DNA of 63,688 nucleotides, counting the filler, from Reticulomyxa filosa (taxonomy: Eukaryota; Protista; Foraminifera), in the NCBI GenBank assembly GCA_000512085.1. It is 21 parts of 21 records of this genome, joined end to end, with 100 filler letters (N's around TTAATTAATTAA, not from the genome) between each part and the next. Parts side by side here need not be neighbours in the genome. Positions count along the whole stretch, not along the records: positions 13,238 to 15,204 come from ASPP01045188.1; positions 15,305 to 17,487 come from ASPP01006752.1; positions 17,588 to 19,347 come from ASPP01029037.1; positions 19,448 to 26,396 come from ASPP01000721.1; 17 more parts are not named here. The stretch is one strand, 5' to 3'. The notes under the pieces are model-generated. The model saw only the letters and a list, made by a program, of their open reading frames with translations. It searched no databases and was not told the DNA's origin. Every line of letters starts with the position of its first letter. Within the stretch, counting starts at the first letter, position 1. A program made the translations under genes and the position numbers. Shown one piece after another: positions 13,590 to 25,055 of the stretch.

Positions 13590-13980
13590 TTAGAGGGTAG
13601 GGAAAAAAATAAGGGAAATTGGGAAAAATGATGGGGAAATAAATTTGAAAATAGGGGGAAAAGAGGGGAAATGGAGAAAAAAGAAGGGAAATGGAGAAAA
13701 AGGGGGGGTTGAAAAATTTTTTTTAAGAAAGAAAATAAAAAAATGAATATAAAAATAAAAAAGAAATGAAAAAAAAAAATAAAAAAATGACAATGGAAAA
13801 AAGATGAGAAAAAAAGATAAAAAAAAAGAACAAAAATGAAAAAAAGATAAAAAAGATAAAAAAAAAAGATAAAAAAGAACAAAAATAAAAAAAAGTGGAA
13901 GAAGAGCAAAAATAAAAAAAAGAGAAAAAAGAACAAAAATAAAAAGAAAAAAAAAAAAGTGAAGAAATTTGCAAAAAAAG
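13590..13980 (+). repeat. A/G-rich low-complexity tract (AAAAAAGAT/AAAAATG-type units)
   Basis: About 390 bp, almost entirely purine. A similar tract lies at 26497-26640 (gatgacaatggaaaaaaa units). Confidence 0.8.
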
Positions 13981-15204
13981 GGATATTGTTCCCGGAACTT
14001 GGAAAGATTGCGTAGGCCACACGCACTAGCAATTTATAAAGTAGAAGTGGCCAAACAGAAAGAGAAAGAGTTGGAGGAGAGCTGGAGAAGAAAGAGTGGA
14101 AGAGAAAGCAGTGGAGAAAATTTCAAAGTTTGGTATTCATTAAAAAAAAAAAATCGTTTGAATTATTTTGTTTAGTTGTGGAATGTCTACTGACAGGTAG
14201 CGATCGTTGTGGAAATTGGAATTAATTTTATGGAGATCGATCGCATATCGAACAGTGTACGTGCGAGTATTCGCAACTTTACTGATTGTGGGAGCGGGAG
14301 TGACATTGAGCGTTGGTGAATAGATGAAAAAATTATTTTGTTCCAGCACTTAGATCGCAATGCGCCCGTTCAACAATTTACAATAACGGGCATTATCAAT
14401 GCCAAAGCATGTCGTCACAAGGGCTGAACTTCGCAGTTGGAAACATCCATTTGATGGTCCTGGAAAAGTTGGTCAAGATTATCATCCGATTCAGAAGCAA
14501 GTTCGCCAAGAAGAAGAAAACGAAGGTGATGAAGAAGAATTACAAGTCGGATCGCGTTGGATTTGTGAAAAAAAAAAAGTAGTCGGCCGGCAGTGTTGAA
14601 CTTGGTTAAGAAATTTTTCAAGTCAAGAAAAACGCAAATTCGCCACTCTCTGGCGTGGATTATCTTCACTTATCGCACCAATGAAATGTGCTAAGGAGTT
14701 TGTCAATGTCGGCAATTGCAACTCGAAGCAGTAGAAAGATTTGTTTGCCGCCAATTTAGATGCACAAAAGCCTGCCTTGACTTGGCACAGCACCAAAGAT
14801 TATATCGAAGTGCGATCGTCAAGCGTCAAAGAATAAGAGAGCGTTAATCGTTATGGAAATGGACCTAATTTTATTAACGCAAGATCGCGCAGAAACGGTT
14901 TGTGTGCGTACGCACATTCGCAACTTGGATTTTGCACCATGAATTCGCTGGTGACTTTGAGAATTGTTGATTAATGAAGAAAGAGAGATAGCTGGTTGCA
15001 TGTCCCGACTCCATTGCAGCAAGAGTTTTGCGCGTTGAGTTTGTCGAGCAAGCGCCTATTACATATGCTGAACTTCTTCCAGGATCGACTATGGAATACA
15101 AACGACGTGTTGGTGGTACTCAAGAAAGCAAGAAAAAAGATGGAGAACTGATATGCTAATAAAAAAATAGAATGTGCAAATATTGCAATACCTTATTGCA
15201 AATG
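13975..15204 (+). pseudogene. Degenerate member of an unidentified repeated-domain gene family
   Basis: Shares nucleotide and peptide motifs with 26635-28734 (e.g. QIRH..WxIFxYR, HSTKxxxE, IVMEM, VRTxIRN). Many stops. Confidence 0.45.
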
Positions 15205-15370
15205 NNNNNNNNNNNNNNNNNNNNNNNNNNNNNNNNNNNNNNNNNNNNTTAATTAATTAANNNNNNNNNNNNNNNNNNNNNNNNNNNNNNNNNNNNNNNN
15301 NNNNATATATATACATTGTGTGCTTGTGATCACTTGGGTGTGATTGGATGGCGGGGAAAATAAAAATAAA

Positions 15371-15949
15371 GTCATTCGCGCTTAGCACTATCCCGCCCAA
15401 TGCTTATTATCGCATAAAAATATTCAATTTCGCCCGAATTTATAATAACAGCTATCAAGCACTGATCCCATTGACACTATTTGATTGGGCTGGCACCAGT
15501 ACCACACAATACAATGTGTCTGTCAAGTCCTTACCGAGCGATTACAAAATCGGGGGAAGGATTTATTATGAATATCGTTAGCTTTCCATGTTTTTTGTTT
15601 TTTTCTTCCTCTCCAATCATTCAATTTTTTTATAAAAAAAAAAAAAAAAAAAAAAAGAGCTGTGGGTGGACGCTAAACGAAAAAGTGTTACAAGACGATT
15701 CTATGATATCGATAACTGGCAAATGCCTACCAAATCACCTTCTGTCGCTCTAAATATTTTTATTGTTGTCATTTCCTGGTATGTTTGTTACATTTTATTT
15801 GTATTGATCCTGTCCTTGTGTTTTATTTCTGTTCATTCCTCTGTTATTTATAAATTGTGTTTTATAGCTTCAGCGTCCTTGTATTCCTCTGGTTGATTTG
15901 GAAATGCAATAACTGGTGCCAAAAGTTGGATCATGAAAAGAAGGATTGA
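15371..15949 (+). CDS. Single-pass membrane protein, 3' exons
   Basis: Exons ..15576 | 15658-15779 | 15869-15949 splice to GRIYYEYQLWVDAKR...ALNIFIVVISCFSVLVFLWLIWKCNNWCQKLDHEKKD*: a TM helix plus short tail. Confidence 0.6.
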
Positions 15950-16435
15950 TACGAATTGCCAACAACACACACATTAAAAGTCATTTGGTAACAATCAAAC
16001 AATAATGATAGCACATATGTCTCAATAAATGGTTATTTGTATTTAAATGCATCGATCGTAATTTTTTATTCAAAGTTTAAAAGGCAAGTACTAACGTTTA
16101 ACTAAAATGTTGATGTGAAAGAGAATTAATTTTTGCTTCTGTTTTGATTTCTCGCAAAAAATTAATTTTTTTAACGCAGAGTTTTGAAAAACATTCTTTG
16201 CAAAAAGCACATCTCTCAATGAAATTTAGGTAACCCTTTCAAGGAAAAAGAAGTTAACAGCGAATATTATTAGAGCATTGAACAAAGCAAAACACGATAT
16301 GATTTAAACGGCAAAGAATGAAAAAAAATATACTACAAGTGGATGCGATGTCCCTTGGAGGTATACCACAATCAAATGAGACGCAGGACAGCAAAAAAAA
16401 AATTTTCTTTTGGGCCTCCAAAACCTAACTCTTGT

Positions 16436-17424
16436 TTAAGTTTCATTTGTTGTTATTCTCCCTGTCAAAATTCCTTCAACATCAAGGAACACGTTTTTAA
16501 CACTGTCTTCCTTGTATGCACAAGTGATGCGAATGAACAGTAGCCTTCGGTTTGCAGCAGATGCTGTTTCTGGCGTTGATGATTTACGTAAACGTGCCAA
16601 CGAATGTTCAAAGGCTTCTTGAAACTTAGATTCAATGTATTTGATTATTGCCTCAATATCATCATCTCCACCACTGTAGTCTTTTGTCACTGGATAATCT
16701 CTCAGCTTTTTGCCTTTTATTTTTATTTTTTCCCATCAACATGCATTCATAGTGATCAATCAGTAAGGTCATCTACACGATATAGCAAATAGAGAAAGCA
16801 TGATGCTACTAAGGCTAAAAAAAAGATTTCAAATATAAAAAAAGAATCCCAACCAGCAGAAAATTTATCCTGCAACAAATCTTGTTTGTTTAAGATCAGT
16901 ATCATGTGTTGACGACAAAGGCAGGTGTATCACATATTTCTTCAAACAATTGTATCGAGTCATCCAAACTATTCGTAGTTTCGTCATCATACATTGGTTC
17001 ATCAAAGCTACTCAACGATGCCACAAACATTACTGCGCCCACATTCTCGAACAAGTGGATCCACTTTCGACGTTCATTTCTATTGAATTTGCACAAACAA
17101 ACAAACAAAAAAAAGGGAGGCAAGTAAACAAACCAAAAAAAAAGGACAAAACTTTTGGCCGCCTACATCGAAGATCTGAAGCCAAGTATTATTTACACAT
17201 AGCGTCTGCTCAACCAAGCCAGTAGTTGGACGTCTTTGCAGGAGTATATCTATTTACATTTTTAATGTTTTTCACAATTCAAAACTCGACAGAAATTTCG
17301 CATCACAAAAAAAAGGGGTTCATTACAATGTGACCTAAATCAGTTGGCATGTAGTTTATATCACTGATTCTGTCAATGTTATCCAAGAAATGGGTACAAG
17401 AATGGAACAGCTTGATTTGCGCCT
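16436..17424 (-). CDS. Heterotrimeric G protein alpha subunit, C-terminal half, multi-exon; one frameshift
   Basis: FLDNIDRI..YMPT, DILLQRRPTTG (G2), FDVGGQ..ERRKWIHLFENV (G3), LILNKQD (G4), ITCAY (G5). Frameshift at ~16905-16915 just before G4. Confidence 0.92.
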
Positions 17425-19094
17425 AATCATTACATTGTAAACAAACGAACAAAAAAAAAAAAAAAACGGGAATTAAAAAAAACTAAANNNNNNNNNNNNN
17501 NNNNNNNNNNNNNNNNNNNNNNNNNNNNNNNTTAATTAATTAANNNNNNNNNNNNNNNNNNNNNNNNNNNNNNNNNNNNNNNNNNNNAGCAAAAAAGCCC
17601 TTTCGTATTACATTTAGTGCGAACTCTTTTCCGGCTGACGTCTCACACATTATCATTTTGTTTCACTTATAAATGCTGTTTATTTTTAATTCTGGAATTT
17701 AGTTGAGGATCATACAAATGATTTGATGTTGTCTAATAAAAAAGTTTGTTGGTAAAAGTAAACATTGACTGATACTGAAATGTTCTCAAATGACAATAAA
17801 TAAATTAAAGATACAAGACCTTTTCAATAGATGAATCTCTTTATGTGCAAAAATGTATACAAGGAGCTCGAAAGCTTTGGAAATAGCAAGAAAGATGAAA
17901 TGAAGGATAAAAAAAAAGTGTTAAATTATTCTTTTGATTTGGAGACCGATGAGTTCAATTCTTTTTAACGAATATGTAATTTATTCACTTGGCATTGAAA
18001 TTAGTTATAAAATATTCTTTTTTGTTAATGTTTCTTCCCCTAAGTGATAGAGTTTTGATAAAATTTACTGAATGTGTTGTTATTAGCTATTTGATATTTC
18101 CTTTGCGCTTATATTTGATTGCAACATAAATAAAATTGCATGAATGAAATGACTCCATATCGCACCATAACAAGTTGTTCAATCGATCATCAATTATAAA
18201 TCAATATCAAACTATCCAAATTACTTTTTTTGATCCTTATTTCAAGTTGAACTATTTAATACCCAAGGCGTGTGCTTTTTATTATTGTTTAGGGGACCAG
18301 AATGTAGAAAAAAATTCTTTCTACCATGAACTCGTGTATAACTAGAAAGTGTATTATTTTCATCCTTCCAAAGGCAAAGCGTAAATGTTGTAATGACGGT
18401 TAAAAATAAGAATTCGCAACACTGACAACAAGTCAGCAGCTTGCTTTTTTTTGGCAAACAAAAAATTTATTTTTCGTTGGAAATGAGATATTTAGTTCAA
18501 ACTAAATTATTTGAAGATTCATATTTTTTATTTGTTAAATTTTTTTTAAACATACCTTTTGATATGAATTAATCAAGAGGACGTTTTGATTCAGTAGCAA
18601 CATTTTGTGAGTTCTACTAATTGCGTATAGTTTTTTTTATAAAAAAAGCAAAAACAAATAATCACAAAAACAATTATTTCTTCTTGCATAAATCAAAGAG
18701 GAAAAATTCTCAATTATGATTGCAGTTTTGTCACTCTTTAACCGCTTCGCGAATTCGCAACTCTAAAAAAAAATACATCATTTTTTTAATCAGCATTATT
18801 TTCGGAACGCTTGTTCACTGAGTGTTCATCAAGTTGTTAACGCCCAGCTTTAAACCGTTCCAAATACGTTTTCTTCTACACAAAAAAGAAATGTACAACT
18901 AAGGAATAGCACAGTATCCTCAAAATGAAATAAACAAAATACAACAACTGAATTATGCAAATATAAATTATCAATGAAAAACAAAATGCTTTTCACTAAA
19001 TGTTTTACATATTTCGTTGTTATTGGATCAAAATTAAACAAAATAAAAAAAATTAATAAAAATTTTACTTTTCCAAGGTATCTGTTTTTTTGTG

Positions 19095-19347
19095 TTATCC
19101 CCAAATACGAATGGGACCATTATTTGAACCATAACACAAATTGACATTGTCATCAGTTTTTTTGCATACATTTTCTTTATTTTTCAATGGTAAAAATGTA
19201 AGAGAATATATTCCACCATCCTCATTTTCATTTCCTTTGATCACATGCAGTTGTTTATTGTTTCGAATGTCCCAAAAACGAATTGTATTATCAGCTGATC
19301 CAGAACATATTACAGTAGATTGAAAAAAAACTGACATACCTAAATGG
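19095..19347 (-). CDS. WD40 repeat protein, C-terminal fragment of an expanded family
   Basis: ICSGSADNTIRFWDIR...LCYGSNNGPIRIWG*. Confidence 0.8.
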
Positions 19348-20403
19348 NNNNNNNNNNNNNNNNNNNNNNNNNNNNNNNNNNNNNNNNNNNNTTAATTAAT
19401 TAANNNNNNNNNNNNNNNNNNNNNNNNNNNNNNNNNNNNNNNNNNNNAAAAAAAAAAAAAAATTGGTTTTATAATAACCTTTTCATAGGTTGATCAAAAA
19501 TATCGTTTTCAAAGGATTTTTAAAATTTCGTAGGAATGAATAAATCACGACTGTATTGATAAGAAAAAATTTTTAAGCTTTTTGTTTCTTTTAAAAAAGA
19601 ATTAGCCTTGTATCCTTCGTAGTTTTTAAAAATTCGACAAATAAAATTTGAATTTTTTTATTCATTGTGGAATTAAATTTTAGCTTTGCAATTTTATTTA
19701 GTGTGAGCATTTTATTTTATTTTGAGTTTTTGACAATTGATATATCAAATTTAAGTGTGATTTTTATAATCTAAACAATAAGACACAATGCTCAGGATTC
19801 ATTTTTTAATATTTTTAAATAAATTTTATCATTTACTTCATTATTATCTTGCAGATATAACTAACTTCTTTTGAACAAAAACAAGCCAAATTATGATGCT
19901 AGATTTACATATCTTGACCATTTAATTTGAGATTAACTTTAAATGCTTGGTTTTATAATTTTTAGAGATATTTGTTTCAATTACTTCCACACAATTTAAT
20001 CTTTGTTTAATAAAAAAAAATAATTTCATACAATAATTTAAAATCTTATCTTTGACTTGCTTTAAATTAAAGCTTGCATTAATAAACTATCTTTTAACTT
20101 TAGCTTTTTTCTTAGTCGCTGCAATAAAACAATTTCAAATTTTAAAATGACAAAAAATTTATTAAAAACAATTAAACAATGAAAAAAAAAGAATTTTATA
20201 TTTAAAAACTACACTATTTAAAGTTTATTTTTCATTGAAAAATATATTATATTCATAAAAGTTCCATTTAAGTATGTAAGTTTTTTTGTTATACTGTATT
20301 TTAATATTTCATTTTGTTGTTATCTTGAACTTATTCACAATGTTTTATCACAATAAATACTTTTTTAAAATTTTTTATTTTTTCTGTAAATTTTGCGTTA
20401 TTA

Positions 20404-21232
20404 CAGTAGAATGCAAAGTAAAGTTGACATAAAACGGCACCTTATATAGAGGATTGATTTTCTACATTAGAAAATAACACTAAGACTTAATTTTTTAAAA
20501 ATATCTACAAATCTTGTACTTTTTAAATATTATTTTTGTTTTTTATTAAATCTTTACTAATTGTTTAAAAAATTTGAATATTTTATTGATTTTTGAAAAG
20601 TTTCGAGAAAAATTTAACACGTCGTAACTATGAAATTTGTAAACTTTTTTTTAAGCATTTTCAGAAAATTCTAAATACGTAGATATTTGTAAAAAAAATA
20701 TTCTACGTTGTATTAACTAAAAAAAATTTTTTTTTCAGAATTTAATGTTATTTTCAAAGTTTGTACATTGTAAAGTAATTATTGTTTTTGTATTTAATTA
20801 TCATTATTTGCTTTTTTTTTTACAATGTCAAACAAGTCAATCTAATTCAAAAGCATAATAATTAAAAAATTTTTTGTAGTAATATTGTTTTTAATAAAAA
20901 TTACCATTTAGTTTAATCAATTTTTGCATTTTATACTTATTGCATTATATATAATATTTACTTTGTTAATTTGTACATTTACCTTTGTCAATTTTTTATT
21001 ATTCTAATTTAAATTATTTTTGAAGTTCTTCTTTTAATATGAATGTTCTATTTTTGAATATTTTTGTTTTCACAATCAACAACATATTTTCGATTTAGTT
21101 CATGTATGTAGAATTTATACAATATTTGTATATATTTTTTTCAAAAATTAATTCTTAATGTTGTTTTTTCATGTAGAAAATCAATTATTTATATTTTATT
21201 GTTATGTGTCAACTTTACTTTGCATTATAATG
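20404..21232. mobile_element. Non-autonomous DNA transposon/MITE (~829 bp), ~115-bp imperfect TIRs, TA flanks (Tc1/mariner-pogo-like)
   Basis: Left end TA|CAGTAGAATGCAAAGTAAAGTTGACA...; right end ...TGTCAACTTTACTTTGCATTATAATG|TA. Inverted similarity extends to TACAAAT(C/A)TTGTA. Very AT-rich interior with no ORF. Confidence 0.8.
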
Positions 21233-21824
21233 TAGTATATTTTTAATATTATGTAATATTTGTAATTTAGTTTCAATATTAACTTAATAAATATCGTTTA
21301 CTGTTAATATTATTTATTTTCAAATTATTTCATTTAAATTGTAAATTTATTTATATTATTTGCATATTGTTATTTTTAAAAATTTTTAATACAATTTATT
21401 TTTATATTAACATATTGAATTTGTTTATTTATAATATAATATATATTAATAAATAACAATGTATTTTTATTATGTTATACTTATTTTGTAATTATCATTT
21501 TTGAATTTTCAATTTATGTCAAAATTTTACTAAATTAAATAATTCTGCAAGTAATAACTTCTTTTTATTGCTACATGTCATTTATAGTTTACTAAAATAA
21601 CAATAATATATAAAATTTTAATATATTTTCATCCAATATTTGAAATAATATTTCATTGTAATTTTCCACAAACGAATACTGTCTCAAAATAAACAAATCT
21701 TGAAATATTGTTTTTCATAAAATAAATTATATATAATTTTATTTTAAGTGTAAATTAACTTGAATGTTTATTGTTTAATTAATTGAAATAATTCACATAT
21801 TTATTTATTTGAAATATTTTTTAA

Positions 21825-24800
21825 TTATTTATTTTCTTTTTGTATTGATTCAATAATTGATTCTGCTGCTTTTTGTCCTGATATAAATGAACCGTGAGCA
21901 GTACCTATGCATTGATATTGAATGTAGTCACCTGCAAATAACAATGGTGAACAATTCTGGTTTTGTTGTATTTTTTCTCCTTTAAAAAAATCGAATGTAT
22001 GCTGTCCAATAAATTGTGATTCGTATTTTCCATTGCTTTTTACCTTGAATATTGACCAGCCCATTTTTGCATATTTTTTGTCGAACCATCTTTGCACATG
22101 ATAGCTTTTAACTCTAGGAAATAAATTTTTATTTTTATCGTCTTTTCCAGCAAAGATATCTTTCATTATCCGACATATGTCAGTCACAATTTCTTCGTCA
22201 GACACATTCTTCCAAATTTGCTTCGTGAAGCGTGGAGAGCCATAAAACTATATCTTACAAAAACAAAATATTATAATTTATATTGTAACATAATAAAAAC
22301 AAATTTTTTGTAATTTCATTAGCACAAACAAAACTTTCCAAATATTAAGATTTTCTGTATTATTCACTTTTAGTCCTACTAAATATTTTTGGTATTGTGC
22401 TGGAAATCGTTTTTCATGTTGATGTTCTGTCCATTTTGGTTGTTTAGAAATTATTTCAACTCGGCTAACGTGTTGATAATGTTTATTTAAAATTTTTTCA
22501 AAACATTCGTCAAATTCAATAATAATGATATTAAACCCACTATTTCCAAACCCGTTAACAATGCAACTTGAAACTGACCGGTGCAATTTTGGGCTAAATT
22601 CAATGTCTCCTGCTTGCAAGCAAGCTATGGGCACAGCACAAACTACGTATTTGCTGTAATATGTTTGTAATGATTGTACATTGTTTTCGTTATTTATTTC
22701 TTTGTGTTCGATATTTTCCATTGTTTCATTGTTGTTCAATTTTGACTCTGCGTATACTTTCATTGGATAAACATTTCGATCAACAAGCCATTTATTTGCA
22801 TCATTATTGCTTTCCTTTGATTCATAACCAACAAAATATGCAATAGTATTATAAAAAAAAGTAAAAAATTGTACAAACTGATGAAATAAGTAGCGATTGT
22901 TCAATACGAAGAACATGTGAATTGAAACACCATTGGACACCTGGACACAATCTTTGAGCAATTTGTTGCAAGAGCCAAGCGTATCGATTCCATGCAAATA
23001 CATCATATCCCTCTTCAAACGCAGTGTCAGACCGAAACGAATACATTGATGTTTCTTGCAAAAGTGATTCATATCCTTTTGTTTGTTCATATTATACATT
23101 CACAAACTCAAAATAAACATTAAACAAACAAGATAATATGTTGAATGAAGAAAAAAAGATACCTTCAGTTCTGCTCAAGCGATAGTCTCCACACCGTTGC
23201 TTTAGTTCCATTAAATCCAAATCATCTTGGCATTCTTGTGCAATCTTCTTTAGCAACGTCTCGTAATAATGTTGATACAGTTCACCAATACTTTTGTCAT
23301 CCTGTTTATTTTTGTTTATTTATTTTTCAGCATTGCTTTTTGCACATAAGCTTAACATTAAAAAAGCTAGTCAAGTAAAATTGAAACAAAACTTCAGGAC
23401 TTTGTATTGTGCTATAGTGATTATCAAGCATATCATCAAAAGCATTAATGAATGGCTGGCTGTACGAATGATACTGTTTCCCAGAAACTGCTGACTTTGT
23501 TTCATCATCCCAAAGCACAAATTTGGTGCATTTCTCGTTTACTGCATCAAAATCTTCGTCCAACATTGCAACAGAAATGCTATTTTCGTGAGGATCGCTA
23601 TGAGAAAAAGTTGCGAAAAAATCTAGCCCGAGTTCTTCTTCCAATAATTTTTTGAATACGTGATTTTCATTTACGCAATGCAGCCACGATGCTCCTAAAT
23701 CTACAATTGTTTCCTTTCCAAATTTCAAATGACGAACCCGACCACCTTTTTTATTTTATTTTTTCCAATTTAGTTGATGAAAAAAAGTCAAATGGATTTT
23801 ATTGAACGAGTGAGAAAACGACGTATAACCACAAACCAATGCAATCAGTAGCTTCTAGGACAATACAGCGCAGTCCTTGTTGTGACAACTGTTTAGCACA
23901 GCCTAGCCCAGCAGAACCTGCTCCAATCACAATTACGTCGGCGTAGTTAGGCATTAAGGAAAGATTTGCGCTCGCAATAGCGCAAAAGGTTGCACCCTTT
24001 GTGATCTTTGCTAGCTCTTGACGGAACGCTTGATTGTCGCATAAGATACTCCATTCCATCACATTCAAACCATACTTTGGATCGCAATGACATAGCACTT
24101 TTTCAAACCACGCTTTTTTGGCCGCTTCATCTGTCTTAGTCTCATCATCAAAAGCAGACAAGATTTGTTGGACACATTCCCAAGCGCCGATTTTGGTTGC
24201 CTCGTGCACACCACAACGTGGCCACGCTTCATTCCAAAATTTGGCCATCGCGTCCTTATGAAATGCCAGGAGCTTGTTCAAATCTTCACGTAAGTTGTAT
24301 TCACACAAAAATGACACGTCCACTGCTTCTACCAATGAAATCTCCAATCTTGGAATCGTTACACTTTCTCTAATTAAAACACATCAACATAATTGTAAAA
24401 GTTATTCTTTACATTGCTGGCAAACTAGCAACAAATTGATATCAAAACTTGAGTGCAAAGGCCAATGAAGAGTTATCGATTTCTTGTCTTGGTCGAGCAA
24501 AGGTTTCGAATATCTGCAACATGTTGGTATACTTCGATTTCGAATGCTGGCAATTGTCCTGTAAATAAACGGCCCAATGGAGACAGGTCCAGTGCTTGTT
24601 GTCTTCAATGTCAAAAGACAATAATTCGAGGTATTGTGACAATAAATATTTTATAATGTGACCATGTCCACAAATTACGCTAATGTGCAGTATCGTTCGG
24701 TTTTTTTCAGCCTCATACTGCTTGTTCAACAGTCTTTCCAGCTCTTTTGCACTTTGAATATATTCTTTGATTGGAGCCAGTTGGCCCAACTCACAGAGCT

Positions 24801-24849
24801 CATATAAATTTTTCTCTCTCTTGTCCGTAGTGTTGTTATTGACGTTCAT
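21825..24849 (-). CDS. Ankyrin-repeat + flavin-containing amine oxidase (PAO/LSD1-like) fusion protein, ~7 exons
   Basis: N-terminal ankyrin-like repeats (RTILHISVICGHGHIIKYLL, WTCLHWAV, GVHEATKIGAWECVQQIL). Then VIVIGAGSAGLGCA...LEATDCIG|GRV..DLGASWLH, VVCAVPIACL..IEFSPKL, LLFAGD..GTAHGSFISGQKAA. The intron at 24448-24370 keeps the frame. Confidence 0.88.
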
Positions 24850-25055
24850 TCCAAACAAACTTTTGGGGGGAAAAGACGTACTTTTGGCGGAAAAGACTAC
24901 TTTCACATATATAATCAGGATTTGATTTGAAAGGTATTGAGGAAATATTGCCGCGATATTCAATTTTCAATAGAAAGATTTTAAAAAGGGTACAAAGAGA
25001 AAACGGAGGCGGAGTTTTTGTTCGCTTTTTGTTGGCCTTTTTTTTTTGGGTCCAA
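24850..25055. promoter_or_regulatory. Putative bidirectional promoter
   Basis: Only 206 bp separate the divergent ATGs at 24849 (-) and 25056 (+). Confidence 0.5.

Noticed and set aside
13580-14032. Phe-rich 'membrane protein' ORFs on the minus strand
   Set aside because: Antisense translation of the poly-purine tract.
12477-17487. Apparent GPCR + G-alpha signalling cluster
   Set aside because: The genes lie on different contigs separated by linkers.
24442-24444. In-frame TGA in the ankyrin-amine oxidase (possible readthrough or selenocysteine)
   Set aside because: A phase-compatible GTTTTG..TAG intron at 24448-24370 removes it, and similar donors occur elsewhere in the window.
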